Shown here piece after piece: positions 9,287-21,860 of a stretch of DNA of 64,000 nucleotides (positions are counted from its first letter, which is position 1; every line of letters begins with the position of its first letter). This DNA comes from Candidatus Komeilibacteria bacterium (GTDB lineage Bacteria; Patescibacteriota; Patescibacteriia; UBA1558). A program made the position numbers and the translations under genes. The stretch covers positions 200,013 through 264,012 of the forward strand of contig JBLYPX010000001.1 of assembly GCA_048538235.1 (NCBI GenBank), read 5' to 3'. The notes under the pieces were generated by a model that was given only the letters and a program-made list of their open reading frames with translations, did no database searches and was not told the origin of the DNA.

Positions 9287-11713
9287 ATGTATATATCTTT
9301 AAATTGGTTAAAACAATACGTAGATGTTCCAGCTAGTCTGGACCCTAAAGAGCTTGGTCTTAAAATGACCATGGCTACTGTTGAAGTTGAAGAAGTAAAA
9401 GCTTTGGGAGCAGATTATGACAAGATAGTAGTTGGACAAGTAAAAGAAATAGTTAAGCATCCTGATGCAGATAAATTACAAGTTTGTCAGGTAGATATTG
9501 GGGCTAAAGAAAGAGCTACTATTGTTTGCGGTGGTATTAACTTAGAAAAGGATATGTATTGTGTAGTGGCTTTGCCAGGAGCAAAAGTAAGATGGCATGG
9601 TCAAGGAGATTTAGTAGAGCTAGCAGAAACAAAGATTAGGGGTGTTAAATCTTTTGGTATGATATGTGCAGCTGAAGAAGTAGGACTTGATCATATTTTT
9701 ACTCAGAAAGAAGAAGCGGAGATTATTAACTTAGGTAAAGGAGATTTTAAAGCAGGGGACAATATTGCTAGTGCATTACATATTGATGATGTTATTTATG
9801 ATATAGACAACAAGTCATTAACTCATAGACCAGATCTATGGTCACATTTTGGTATGGGTAGAGAAGTGGCTGCTATTTTAAGAAAACCATTAAAGATGCC
9901 AGATATATATGAGATAAAAGAAGGCAGTGGTAGTAAATTAAAAGTAGAAGTTAAAGATCATGAACTTTGTCCTCGCTACCAAGCAGTGGTAATGTCTGGT
10001 GTAAAGATAGATGAGTCTCCTGAATGGTTAAAGAATCATTTACAGTCTATTGGTGTTAAATCTATTAACAATATTGTAGATATTACTAATTATGTTCTAT
10101 TTGACTTAGGTCAACCATTGCATGCTTTTGATGCTAATACTATAGATAATAAGATAATTGTAAGAAGAGCAAATAAAGGGGAGAAGATTATTACTCTAGA
10201 TAAAGAAGAGTATGAATTAAATGAAGAAAATTTAGTAATAGCAGATAGTAAAAAAGCAATAGCTGTTGCTGGTGTTATGGGTGGAGCTAATTCAGAGATA
10301 AACGATAATACAGATACAATTGTTATTGAGTCAGCTAATTTTCATCCAGCTAATGTAAGAAGAACAGCTATGCAATTGGGTATGCGTACAGAAGCATCAA
10401 TGAGATTTGAAAAGAGTTTAGATCCAGAGCTTACAGCACTTGCTCTTGCAAAAGCTGCTCAACTTGTTAAAGAATTATGTCCTGACGCTAAAGTAATTTC
10501 TAAAGTAATAGATATAGATAAGTCTAAAAAGGATGGGGTGATTATTAAACTTACTTACCCTTGGTTAATTAAACGTATTGGTACAGACATACCATTAAAA
10601 CAGGTTGTAGAGATTTTAGAAGCTTTACAGTTTAGAGTTAAAGTAAAAGATGGGGATATTACTGTAACTGTGCCAAGTTGGAGAGCTACTAAAGATATTA
10701 GTATTCCTGAAGATATTGTAGAAGAAGTAGCTAGAATATATGGTTATGATCAAATACCAGATGAATTACCAAGAATACAATTAGCTCAAACAGATATTCA
10801 ACCAATTAAAAAAGCAGAACGAAAAGCTAAGACTATACTGTCTGAACATTTTGATTTAAATGAAGTATATAATTATTCATGGCAATCTGAGGAATATCTA
10901 AAAGCTATTAATTTAGATGTTAAAGATTGTATTAGTTTAAAAAACTATCTATCTCCAGAACAACAATATTTAAGAATTAGTTTAATACCAAATTTGTTAA
11001 AGAATGTTGTAGATAATTTGCGCTGGTTTGATGAAATAAATATTTTTGAATTAGGTAGAATTTTTACAAAGCAGTCTGGTAAAAAACCTGTAGATAATGA
11101 TTCAGATAAAATGCTTCCTTACCAACCAAAAATTTTAAGTTGGTTAAGATATAATAAAGAGGATCTATTCTATAATGTTAAAGGTGAGATTGAATATCTA
11201 TTAGATAAGCTAGCCATTAGTTATAAATGGGAAAAAATAACTAAGCATGAATATTATGATGTAAATAGAACCTTAGCACTATATGCTCAAGATGAGCTAT
11301 TAGGTTATTGTGGTGTTTTAAAGAATCAAGTATTAAAGAATCTAAAATTAAAGAATAATATTACAGTTGCTGAAATTAATTTTAGCGAAGCTATTAAATA
11401 TATAGCTGATGCTAAGAAATATATTCCACTTGCTAAATATCCAGTTGTTACAAAAGATTTCTCAGTAATTTTGAAAGAAGATGTAGATTGGCAGTTACTT
11501 GTTAAAGATATTTTAAGTTTAGATGATGAAATTAAATCTGTAGATTTATTCGATAAGTATCATAATAAAAAGACAGGGGAGTTTTCTGTAGCATTTCATG
11601 TTAGAATATATAGTGATAATAAAACATTAACTACTAAAGAAATTGAAGGCTTTACTTCAAAGATAATGAATCTTTTAGAAAAAAAATATAAATTAACTAT
11701 TAAAAAACAATAA
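9287..11713 (+). CDS. pheT: Phenylalanine--tRNA ligase beta subunit
   Basis: About 808 aa with tRNA-binding, B3/4 and B5 domains. It is adjacent to pheS and 1 nt away from it. Confidence 0.9.
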   Translation: MYISLNWLKQYVDVPASLDPKELGLKMTMATVEVEEVKALGADYDKIVVGQVKEIVKHPDADKLQVCQVDIGAKERATIVCGGINLEKDMYCVVALPGAKVRWHGQGDLVELAETKIRGVKSFGMICAAEEVGLDHIFTQKEEAEIINLGKGDFKAGDNIASALHIDDVIYDIDNKSLTHRPDLWSHFGMGREVAAILRKPLKMPDIYEIKEGSGSKLKVEVKDHELCPRYQAVVMSGVKIDESPEWLKNHLQSIGVKSINNIVDITNYVLFDLGQPLHAFDANTIDNKIIVRRANKGEKIITLDKEEYELNEENLVIADSKKAIAVAGVMGGANSEINDNTDTIVIESANFHPANVRRTAMQLGMRTEASMRFEKSLDPELTALALAKAAQLVKELCPDAKVISKVIDIDKSKKDGVIIKLTYPWLIKRIGTDIPLKQVVEILEALQFRVKVKDGDITVTVPSWRATKDISIPEDIVEEVARIYGYDQIPDELPRIQLAQTDIQPIKKAERKAKTILSEHFDLNEVYNYSWQSEEYLKAINLDVKDCISLKNYLSPEQQYLRISLIPNLLKNVVDNLRWFDEINIFELGRIFTKQSGKKPVDNDSDKMLPYQPKILSWLRYNKEDLFYNVKGEIEYLLDKLAISYKWEKITKHEYYDVNRTLALYAQDELLGYCGVLKNQVLKNLKLKNNITVAEINFSEAIKYIADAKKYIPLAKYPVVTKDFSVILKEDVDWQLLVKDILSLDDEIKSVDLFDKYHNKKTGEFSVAFHVRIYSDNKTLTTKEIEGFTSKIMNLLEKKYKLTIKKQ

Positions 11714-11714
11714 T

Positions 11715-12212
11715 ATGAAAGAGATCGTCAAAATTGATGCTGTCTCTCTAGCCAAAGTAATTGGATTAATAACTGGGGGGATATATTTGTTAATTGGTAT
11801 CATTATTAATCTGATTGTATTAATATTTGGACTTGGGTCTATTACCGGCCTAGACTTTTTAGGTTTTGGTTCAGGACTTATTGCTACTGTTTTGGTTAGT
11901 ATTATTATTGGTTTCTTATCCTTTGTAATTGGTTTGCTGGCTGGGTTTGTATACAATTTTGTAGCTAATTATTTCGGTGGTGTGATTGTACTATTTGAAG
12001 ATAGATCTATAGTAGAGGAAAGATTAAGAGAAGCAAGGGCTGCTAAAGATGCTTTAAAGGCAGAGAAGAAACGTTTACAGTCTGAAAAGAGAAGAATAGA
12101 GCTTGAGGAAAAGAAAAAGAAGCAGGAAAAAAAGCTTGCAAAAGAAAAGGAAAATATGGTTAAAAAAGAGGAAGAGAAAAAGGAAGATAATATGAATATT
12201 CCTACGCCTTAA
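11715..12212 (+). CDS. Hypothetical membrane protein with a K/E-rich coiled C-terminal tail
   Basis: Two to three TM helices, then EERLREARAAKDALKAEKKRLQSEKRRIELEEKKKKQEKK. Confidence 0.5.
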   Translation: MKEIVKIDAVSLAKVIGLITGGIYLLIGIIINLIVLIFGLGSITGLDFLGFGSGLIATVLVSIIIGFLSFVIGLLAGFVYNFVANYFGGVIVLFEDRSIVEERLREARAAKDALKAEKKRLQSEKRRIELEEKKKKQEKKLAKEKENMVKKEEEKKEDNMNIPTP

Positions 12213-12239
12213 AAACATTCAATTTTTACTCTAAAATAG

Positions 12240-12272
12240 CCCCCTTTTTACACACAAAAGGGGGTTGTTTTT
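12240..12272 (+). terminator. Rho-independent terminator
   Basis: CCCCCTTTTTacacacAAAAGGGGG followed by TTGTTTTTT. Confidence 0.75.
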
Positions 12273-12369
12273 TACCCTAAAACATGCTATTATATACGTA
12301 TAGAAATACAGTATTTCTTGAAGAAATGAATAATAGTAATTATTATTTTTTTTGCATTAAATTATATAA

Positions 12370-14439
<2,070 letters not shown>

Positions 14440-14447
14440 TTTTCAGA

Positions 14448-14482
14448 TAAAAAAAGAGGTGCTTAGATAAGCACCTCTTTTT
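14448..14482. terminator. Bidirectional hairpin terminator between convergent gyrB and the GT-C gene
   Basis: AAAAAGAGGTGCTTAgatAAGCACCTCTTTTT. Confidence 0.75.
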
Positions 14483-14490
14483 ATTTAGTC

Positions 14491-16170
14491 TTATTTTAAT
14501 TTTTCAAGAAGTGAGGGGCTAGGTGTTCCGCCAAGTTCAATCATTTTATCTATATACTCTTTAGCCTTATCTAACTTGTCATTATTAACATAGTGAGCAG
14601 CTAAATATTCATAGGCTGCAAAATAATATGGATCAATAGAAATAGTTTTATTCCACTCTTCAAGTGCTTTATCTATATTATCTGTATTGTAAAGAAGTAA
14701 GCCTAAATTGAAATGAGTATTAGGATAAAGTGGATTAATTTTTAATTCCTTATTATATGCATTGTATGCCTTTTCGTATTCACCTTTGCCAGCATAAATT
14801 AAACCTAAGTTATTTTGTACTAATTTTTCTTTGGGATTTATTTTAGAAGCCTTTAACCATTCTTGTTCCGCTAAACTATATTTTTTATTTAAATAATACA
14901 TAGCACCAAGGTTGTTGTGATTAAAAGCAGAAGATGGTGAATATTCTACAGCATTATGCCAAAAACTTATCTCATCTGTGTAAACTTTAGCATGAGTAAT
15001 AGTTTTAGTAGTAAATATACATAGTAGTAATATGACCAATCCTATGGAAATATTTTTATACACTCTTCTATTCAAAGGTATATTTATTTGTGAAAGTATT
15101 ATTAATAATCCAAATAATGCTAAGTAAACTCTATGCTCTGCAAACTCTACTATTTGTGCCTGGTTGGCAACTGTTTTTATTAATGAAGGGGCAAGTGTTC
15201 CTAAAAACCATAAAGTACCAAAGATTATATATTTCCAGTCAACCTTTTTACTAAAGTATATTAAGGTAGATATTATACAAAAAACTATAATGCCATATAT
15301 TATTGGTAGATCAGGTAATACAGGAAAGACAGATAGATTGTGAACAAATAATATTTTACCTAAATAGGTGAAGATGGCAGGGGAGTTTAACCACATGCTA
15401 TGGATAATATTATATTCAGCAGCTAGGGGGTTACCTATAATAGCGGCGTGAAGTATTAACCAACCAATAGTTATAGCTACTAATACACAAGCGTTTATTA
15501 TACTAAACTTTGAAAATATTTTTTCTTTATGTATTAAATACGTATAGATTAATATTAGTATTGGGAAAGCAAGAGCTGTTTCCTTTGTTAAAAGACTAAG
15601 AATAAAAAAGAATATATACAATATATACTGCCAAACCTTCTTAGATTTAAGATAATTTAAAAAGAATAGAAAACCCGCTAAAAAGAAAACTGTTAGTAAA
15701 GGATCATTTCTACCCGGTATCCAAGCAACTGCATGTTCATTAATTGGATGAATAACAAAGAATAGACTAAGTAACCAAGCTAGTTCTTTTTTTATTTTTA
15801 GTTTTATTAAAAGCAAATATATTAAAATAGCTGAGATAATATGTAGAACTATATTTGTAATGTGGAATGATTTAATATTTTTTCCATCACTAAATTGTGC
15901 ATCTATTACAAAACTTGTAGTTAAGATTGGTCTATAATATGTTTCATTATTTCCAGAATAGGGAAATACACCTTCTTTAAAACTATGTTTAATGTGCGAA
16001 AGGTTTTGTATTTTGTAGAAATTATCTTTTATTAATGCATTATCATCTAAGTAGTGATAACTATCATTAATTGTTGGTATATACAAAACAAAGCCTATTA
16101 CAGCTAATAATAGAATTGGTTTCCACCAGGAATTAAAAAATTTGATACTAATTTGTTTTAATTTATTCAT
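14491..16170 (-). CDS. Polytopic membrane glycosyltransferase (GT-C fold, PMT/ArnT-like) with C-terminal TPR repeats
   Basis: About 11 TM helices followed by three to four TPR units (AMYYLNKKYSLAEQEWLKA...). Its stop overlaps the start of the upstream GT-C gene. Confidence 0.6.
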   Translation of the reverse strand: MNKLKQISIKFFNSWWKPILLLAVIGFVLYIPTINDSYHYLDDNALIKDNFYKIQNLSHIKHSFKEGVFPYSGNNETYYRPILTTSFVIDAQFSDGKNIKSFHITNIVLHIISAILIYLLLIKLKIKKELAWLLSLFFVIHPINEHAVAWIPGRNDPLLTVFFLAGFLFFLNYLKSKKVWQYILYIFFFILSLLTKETALAFPILILIYTYLIHKEKIFSKFSIINACVLVAITIGWLILHAAIIGNPLAAEYNIIHSMWLNSPAIFTYLGKILFVHNLSVFPVLPDLPIIYGIIVFCIISTLIYFSKKVDWKYIIFGTLWFLGTLAPSLIKTVANQAQIVEFAEHRVYLALFGLLIILSQINIPLNRRVYKNISIGLVILLLCIFTTKTITHAKVYTDEISFWHNAVEYSPSSAFNHNNLGAMYYLNKKYSLAEQEWLKASKINPKEKLVQNNLGLIYAGKGEYEKAYNAYNKELKINPLYPNTHFNLGLLLYNTDNIDKALEEWNKTISIDPYYFAAYEYLAAHYVNNDKLDKAKEYIDKMIELGGTPSPSLLEKLK

Positions 16171-17747
16171 TATTTTTTCTTATACATCAATAAACTGGAT
16201 GCATTAAATTCTTCCTGAGTATTTATTGGTTCTTGCCAATTACCTATATTATTATCCCACACATATCCACCAATTAAAATATAGTCATTGTTAATAATAT
16301 TATTTATGTAGTCTAAGAATATATACGGACTACCCTCTTCCCAAAGGCTGCTAGTTTGTAATCTAGAAATTACAATTACTTCTGGCGAGTCATTTTTTAA
16401 ATTTTCAACAGTTAATGTCTGATAATTTTCTCTAGATGGCGTTTCAATATTTAATGGATAGGTAATAATAAACCTGGAAGAACTTAATCTTTTGCTGTAA
16501 TAGTATATTTGAGGTTCAGAACCAGCTATAAATATTTTATCTTCAGGACCGGTTATTTCTTTAATTTTATTTGCTACCGTTTGTGATTCTGCAAAAGGTG
16601 AGCTGTATCCATAAACCCATACATTTAATTCTTGTGGAGATAGGAAGTATTGTTTTTGAATGGGTAGTATCATTGAAATAATAATGATGCTACTAGATAA
16701 GAATATAATAACTCTTTGCCAATCGGCGGAATATTTATTTATTTTAATTTTATCTAATAAAGATTTTATTGAAGTGATGGATATTATTATCCAGAAAGGC
16801 ATAATTAATAAATAGTAGTGCCTAATAGGGGAGGTAAATATAGTTAAAAGAGAAATTAGTAATAAAGATAAATAAAACCACCACTGTTTTGGTCTTTTAA
16901 TTAAATACCAAATAAATAATATGAATAAGGCTGGCCAGATAGACCAGAGTATTTTTATATTACTTATTAATGCACTGGGAATGTATTTTTTCATGTGTTG
17001 AGCATACTGCGCATTATAATGAACAATAGATTCCCACATAAAAGTACAAACACTTTTAATTAGAAAAGGAATTAATATTATAAACGTTGCAGATAAACTA
17101 CCAATAAGTATTAATAAAATATTAAACAGCGTTTGTTTTAAATCTTTACTCCTGTTCCAGTTTTGATACAGCCATACTAAAAATATAAAAATAAGAACAA
17201 ATAAAACAATCGGTTTATATAATAGTGCAATAGCTGAGTAAGCACCGGCTAATACCCATGGCCATTTTTTATTATTATCTTTATTATAAACGTAAAGTGC
17301 TAAAACAGTAACTAGTGGTAAAAGCATAAACCTTTCTGTGTTCGCGGCTAATAATGACAGATGTGGTAGTGACATCATTAAAGTGGCTAGCCAAGCAGCA
17401 AGTAAGGCCATTTTATTACCAAGTTCTTTTTTTACAATTAAACTAATAATAAATATTGTTAATATTGTAAAAACAAAAGCTATTGCTCTGGCTGGCCACA
17501 GAGCATCAGGGTTGATTTTGTATGCCAACCAGTATGTATAAATAATCATTGGTGGCTTTTGCAGAAAAGAGTTTTCGTATGGTGTAATATTTTGATCAAG
17601 TAGCCAAGCTGAATATGCATATTCACCCTCATCTCTTTCAAAAGGTGTATTAAAACTATTCCAATAGGTAAGTGTTACAAAAAGACACAACCCAATAATA
17701 GAGAGTAGTGTCCAAACAGAAATAGTATGTTTAATTTTTAAATTCAT
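16170..17747 (-). CDS. GT-C family glycosyltransferase (GT39/GT83-like, ArnT/PMT type)
   Basis: FERDEGEYAYSAW lies in the first extracytoplasmic loop (a DE motif), and there are more than ten TM helices. Confidence 0.65.
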   Translation of the reverse strand: MNLKIKHTISVWTLLSIIGLCLFVTLTYWNSFNTPFERDEGEYAYSAWLLDQNITPYENSFLQKPPMIIYTYWLAYKINPDALWPARAIAFVFTILTIFIISLIVKKELGNKMALLAAWLATLMMSLPHLSLLAANTERFMLLPLVTVLALYVYNKDNNKKWPWVLAGAYSAIALLYKPIVLFVLIFIFLVWLYQNWNRSKDLKQTLFNILLILIGSLSATFIILIPFLIKSVCTFMWESIVHYNAQYAQHMKKYIPSALISNIKILWSIWPALFILFIWYLIKRPKQWWFYLSLLLISLLTIFTSPIRHYYLLIMPFWIIISITSIKSLLDKIKINKYSADWQRVIIFLSSSIIIISMILPIQKQYFLSPQELNVWVYGYSSPFAESQTVANKIKEITGPEDKIFIAGSEPQIYYYSKRLSSSRFIITYPLNIETPSRENYQTLTVENLKNDSPEVIVISRLQTSSLWEEGSPYIFLDYINNIINNDYILIGGYVWDNNIGNWQEPINTQEEFNASSLLMYKKK

Positions 17748-18448
17748 TATTTTTTAAAAATAAACTTTAACATTTCACCTAGAGTTTGTAACCCATACTT
17801 TATACTACGTTTAACATTAATACTGGAGGCTTCTGCAAAATATCTAACTGGTACGGGTATGTCTCCAATTTTGAAATCCTTTTTAACAATATTAAATAAC
17901 ATCTGGCTATCAAAAACAAAATCATCAGATAGTTTCATGTAATCTATTTTCTCCAACACTTCTTTGCTGTATGCTCTCATACCAGTATGCCATTCAGAAA
18001 GGTTTTGACCAGTTACAATATTTTCCAACAAAGATAAACTTCTGTTAAAGAAATATTTATATTTAGGCATACCACCAGCTAATGCTTCTTTCCTAGAGCG
18101 TATTCTTGAGCCAAGCATGACATCAAAATAACCATCGCGGATAAATTCAACAAAGTATTTAATTAATTTAGGGTCATACTGGTAGTCTGGGTGAAGCATA
18201 ACAATAATATCTGCATTATGCTTAAGAGCAATATTGTAGCAGGTCTTTTGATTAGCTCCGTATCCTTTATTGGCATTATGCTTTTCAATAATAAGACCCA
18301 ACTCTTCAGCAATTTGAATAGTTTCATCATTACTATAATCATCTACGAGAATAATTTCATCCACATATTCAGAAGGGATGTCTTTAATTGTCTTAGCTAA
18401 TGTTTTAGCTGCATTATATGCAGGTAGAACCACTATTGTTTTAGGCAT
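17747..18448 (-). CDS. GT2 polyprenyl-phosphate glycosyltransferase (Dpm1/ArnC-like)
   Basis: [12 protein letters not shown]...[11 protein letters not shown] (DxD-type GT-A N-terminus). It is coupled head-to-tail with the GT-C genes. Confidence 0.8.
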   Translation of the reverse strand: MPKTIVVLPAYNAAKTLAKTIKDIPSEYVDEIILVDDYSNDETIQIAEELGLIIEKHNANKGYGANQKTCYNIALKHNADIIVMLHPDYQYDPKLIKYFVEFIRDGYFDVMLGSRIRSRKEALAGGMPKYKYFFNRSLSLLENIVTGQNLSEWHTGMRAYSKEVLEKIDYMKLSDDFVFDSQMLFNIVKKDFKIGDIPVPVRYFAEASSINVKRSIKYGLQTLGEMLKFIFKK

Positions 18449-18610
18449 AAGCGTAATATTTATGACATAATTTTAGCACATAATACCAACTTAGTCTTTT
18501 GTTTGTGGAAAACTTTATGCCCTTGATTTATTTTTAAATATATTGTATTATCTCATCAGATGGCCCTAGAGGCTGTTTTTAAAACCTTAAATTTCTAAAT
18601 AATAAGAAAA

Positions 18611-18790
18611 ATGGGTAATTTTATACAATATTTGAAGGATAGTAAGGCTGAATTAAAGAAAGTTGCTTGGCCTACTAAAAAAGAGGTACTTAGACACTCT
18701 GCTGTTGTTATTGGCGTGTCTTTATTTGTAGCTATCTTTTTAGGACTAGTAGACTACCTATTGAATTTAGCAATTGGATTAATAATTTAA
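18611..18790 (+). CDS. secE: Preprotein translocase subunit SecE (59 aa). It falls below the 60-aa cutoff and so is absent from the ORF track.
   Basis: MGNFIQYLKDSKAELKKVAWPTKKEVLRHSAVVIGVSLFVAIFLGLVDYLLNLAIGLII. It sits immediately upstream of nusG, the canonical position. Confidence 0.75.
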   Translation: MGNFIQYLKDSKAELKKVAWPTKKEVLRHSAVVIGVSLFVAIFLGLVDYLLNLAIGLII

Positions 18791-18811
18791 TCATAATTTA
18801 TTTAAATAATT

Positions 18812-19357
18812 ATGCCAAAACAAACTTTACAACAAGGTCGTCGTTGGTATGTCTTACATACATATTCTGGTTATGAAGAGAATGTTCAAAGAAATTTGAA
18901 ACAGAGAATCGAATCTATGGATATGGAAGACAGAATTTTTGACGTCCTTATTCCAACAGAGACTAAGATTAAAATTAGAAACGGTAAAAGAAAAACAGTT
19001 AGAGAAAAGATTTTCCCTGGCTATGTTCTTGTTAATATGATCGTAACAGACGATTCATGGTACGTTGTACGTAATACACCAAATGTAACTGGTTTTGTCG
19101 GTTCTGGAACAACACCAACTCCAATCTCTGAAGAAGAGGTTAAATCTCTACAAAAGAGAATGGGAGTAGAAGAGCCTGTTTACAAGATAGATGTTTCCAA
19201 GGGTAGTCCTGTTAAGATTGTTGATGGCCCATTCAAAGATTATGAAGGTAAGGTGGCAGATATTGATGAAGCAAGGGGTAAAGTTAAGGTTCTTGTTTCA
19301 ATGTTTGGTCGTGAAACACCTGTCGAATTAGACTTTTTACAAATTAAGAAAATATAA
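18812..19357 (+). CDS. nusG: Transcription termination/antitermination factor NusG
   Basis: NGN domain plus a KOW motif (GPFKDYEGKVADID...VKVLVSMFGRETPVEL). Confidence 0.95.
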   Translation: MPKQTLQQGRRWYVLHTYSGYEENVQRNLKQRIESMDMEDRIFDVLIPTETKIKIRNGKRKTVREKIFPGYVLVNMIVTDDSWYVVRNTPNVTGFVGSGTTPTPISEEEVKSLQKRMGVEEPVYKIDVSKGSPVKIVDGPFKDYEGKVADIDEARGKVKVLVSMFGRETPVELDFLQIKKI

Positions 19358-19436
19358 TAGTTTATGAGTTGTTGGGTTAAAAAATTCAACGCTTCTAGCT
19401 TATAAACAATTAACTATAAACTATTAATATAAATAT

Positions 19437-19862
19437 ATGGCAAAAGAAGTTAAAGCATTATTAAAATTACAAATTCCTGCTGGTAAAGCAAATCCAGCTC
19501 CTCCTGTAGGTCCAGCTCTTGGTCAGCACGGTGTGCCTATTCAAGACTTTTGTACTCGTTTTAATGATGCAACAAAAGATAAAGGCGGAGATATTATTCC
19601 AGTTGAAATTACAATTTATGAAGATCGTAGTTTTGACTTTAAATTAAAGACTCCACCGGCAGCTGAACTATTAAAGAAAGCAGCTGGTATTAAAAAAGGT
19701 TCTGGCTCACCATTAGCTGAAAAGATAGGTAAGATTTCTCAAGATAAAATTAGAGAGATTGCTGAGATTAAAATGCCTGACCTTAATGCGAATGACATTG
19801 AAGCAGCAATGAAGATTATTGAAGGTACTGCCCGTCAAATGGGTTTGATAGTAGAAAAATAA
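19437..19862 (+). CDS. rplK: 50S ribosomal protein L11
   Basis: [24 protein letters not shown] is diagnostic. Confidence 0.95.
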   Translation: MAKEVKALLKLQIPAGKANPAPPVGPALGQHGVPIQDFCTRFNDATKDKGGDIIPVEITIYEDRSFDFKLKTPPAAELLKKAAGIKKGSGSPLAEKIGKISQDKIREIAEIKMPDLNANDIEAAMKIIEGTARQMGLIVEK

Positions 19863-19883
19863 TTAATAATTAACTTCAAAACT

Positions 19884-20324
19884 ATGAAGGATAATTTTAT
19901 TAGAACAATTTATTTGTATTTGTTCGCACTAGTGGGATTAGCAGTACTTGTTATTGGTGTAGGACAATTAGTAGATCTAGGATTAAAAGTATTTGTATTT
20001 AAATATGCTGATGCTAATCAGTACCAGTATGATTACGGTAGACCAGTATCATTAGCATATGATATGGAATTATCTAAAGTAGAAAATTTGAGTGAGTGTG
20101 GAGCAGACTGTAATTTAACAGAGTCTCAGCTTGAACAAATAGATAATTGGCTTGTAGATTATAAGACATGGCAAGAGAATCAAAAAGATATGGAAAAGAT
20201 AGATTATCGTAGACAGTCTAGAGAAAGACAGGCAAGTCGTGCTATTTCTCTAATTTTAGTAGGCCTACCATTATATCTTTATCATTGGACTGTTATTAAA
20301 AGAGATAGAAAGCGTTTAGCTTAA
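19884..20324 (+). CDS. Hypothetical 2-TM membrane protein inserted between rplK and rplA
   Basis: ORF of 146 aa with an N-terminal and a C-terminal TM helix and a CxxxC pair (ECGADC). Confidence 0.5.
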   Translation: MKDNFIRTIYLYLFALVGLAVLVIGVGQLVDLGLKVFVFKYADANQYQYDYGRPVSLAYDMELSKVENLSECGADCNLTESQLEQIDNWLVDYKTWQENQKDMEKIDYRRQSRERQASRAISLILVGLPLYLYHWTVIKRDRKRLA

Positions 20325-20385
20325 AATATATTAATTAAAGTGGGACCCATATTTTGGGGTTTGAACCACAGAAAGGGACAATTTT

Positions 20386-21060
20386 ATGTCAAAAAGATTA
20401 AAAGAAGCAAAAGAAAAAATAGATAAGGAAAAGAAATATCCTGTCGAAGAAGCTGTAGCACTTGTTAAAGAAACAAGTAAAGTTAAATTTGATGCTACTG
20501 TAGAAGTTCACGCTAACTTGAACATTGATCCAAAGAAATCTGATCAACAGATGCGTGCATCTTTAACATTACCTCATGGTACTGGTCAAACAAAGCGTAT
20601 TGCTGCTTTTGTTAGCCCAGATAAAGTTAAAGAAGCAGAAGCTGCTGGAGCAGTTGCAGCTGGTGGTGAAGATTTAATAAATGACATTAAGAAAACTGGT
20701 AAGACAGATTTTGATGTAGTTATTGCTACTCCAGACATGATGCCAAAATTAGCAGTAATTGCAAAAAATCTTGGGCAAAAAGGTTTAATGCCTAATCCAA
20801 AAGCTGGTACTATTACTCCAGACCCTGCTAAGGTAATTAAAGATCTTAATTCAGGAATGATTAGTTTTAAGAATGACACTAGTGGTAATTTACACATTGC
20901 AGTTGGTAAAGTTTCATTTGAGGATAAGGTTTTAGTAGATAACGTTAATGCTTTTACAGAAGAACTTAAAAAGAGTAAGCCAGAAGGTGTTAAAGGTTCT
21001 TTTATTAAGACCATACATTTAACTTCTTCAATGGGACCAAGTATTAAAATAGAATTTTAA
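20386..21060 (+). CDS. rplA: 50S ribosomal protein L1
   Basis: The FDATVEVHANLNIDPKK..DQQMRASLTLPHGTGQ family signature. Confidence 0.95.
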   Translation: MSKRLKEAKEKIDKEKKYPVEEAVALVKETSKVKFDATVEVHANLNIDPKKSDQQMRASLTLPHGTGQTKRIAAFVSPDKVKEAEAAGAVAAGGEDLINDIKKTGKTDFDVVIATPDMMPKLAVIAKNLGQKGLMPNPKAGTITPDPAKVIKDLNSGMISFKNDTSGNLHIAVGKVSFEDKVLVDNVNAFTEELKKSKPEGVKGSFIKTIHLTSSMGPSIKIEF

Positions 21061-21082
21061 GATATATACTGTTTAGAATATA

Positions 21083-21108
21083 AAAAACCGCCTTATAGGC
21101 GGTTTTTT
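21083..21108 (+). terminator. Rho-independent terminator after rplA
   Basis: AAAAACCGCCttatagGCGGTTTTTT. Confidence 0.8.
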
Positions 21109-21192
21109 GGTTATTATTTGCTTATATTTATTTTTTATGATTAACTAATGTAATATTTGAACATTGTAATATATTAATAAGGAGGATACGTT

Positions 21193-21381
21193 GTGCTTAA
21201 AAAGATCAATTTTCCCTCACAAGGCGAAAAACAAGAACAGTCGGGTTTTGATAATGATGTTCGTGAGCTTGCCAAAGCCACGGTAGATATAATCAGGGGC
21301 ATGAACCCGGGAAAGTTTATTCCTACTGGAGAGGAGTTAGCTAAAAAATTAGCCGAGAAAAAGGAGAATCAAGATGAGTGA
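21193..21381 (+). CDS. Hypothetical small acidic protein (62 aa, GTG start)
   Basis: AAGGAGGA RBS at 21179-21186. The stop overlaps the next gene's start (ATGAGTGA). GC is elevated. Confidence 0.5.
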   Translation: MLKKINFPSQGEKQEQSGFDNDVRELAKATVDIIRGMNPGKFIPTGEELAKKLAEKKENQDE

Positions 21382-21805
21382 TAATGTAAGGGTGTTTAGT
21401 CAGTTTTCAAAAGAAGAAGCTGAAGCATTAAGACCTATGCCAGTATATTATGTGCAATTGACACATAATTTGGCTGGCAGGTTTCCTGCTGTGCGTGCAA
21501 GCAATAATGAGATGGTTGTTTGTACGGACAGGGCAGTGATTGAAAAAGTATGGCGAACATTGCGGGTTCGTGCTAGTGACGTAGAGACGGTACAAGCTTT
21601 GGTAGATCCTGAAAACAAATTTGCTTTTGAAGCTGGCAACATGAATGCTGAACAGTTTCCAATCATCAACAATGATGATTTTGACAGTATCATGGCGGAT
21701 GAAAATGATTCCTTTAAATGGGCTCCGGGGCTTTTATCTTTTAAAAAAGAACCCACCCCTGAAGAAATGGACAAGTACATTACGAAATCAATTGCTGATT
21801 TGTAG
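21374..21805 (+). CDS. Hypothetical protein (143 aa), translationally coupled to 21193
   Basis: GGAG lies 6 nt upstream. GC is clearly above background. No recognisable domain. Confidence 0.55.
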   Translation: MSDNVRVFSQFSKEEAEALRPMPVYYVQLTHNLAGRFPAVRASNNEMVVCTDRAVIEKVWRTLRVRASDVETVQALVDPENKFAFEAGNMNAEQFPIINNDDFDSIMADENDSFKWAPGLLSFKKEPTPEEMDKYITKSIADL

Positions 21806-21828
21806 CGACAACTATCAATTATCAACAA

Positions 21829-21860
21829 AGACCAGGTGTTAAATTGCCTGGTTTTTTTTG
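21829..21860 (+). terminator. Rho-independent terminator
   Basis: ACCAGGtgttaaattgCCTGGT followed by TTTTTTTT. Confidence 0.75.
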
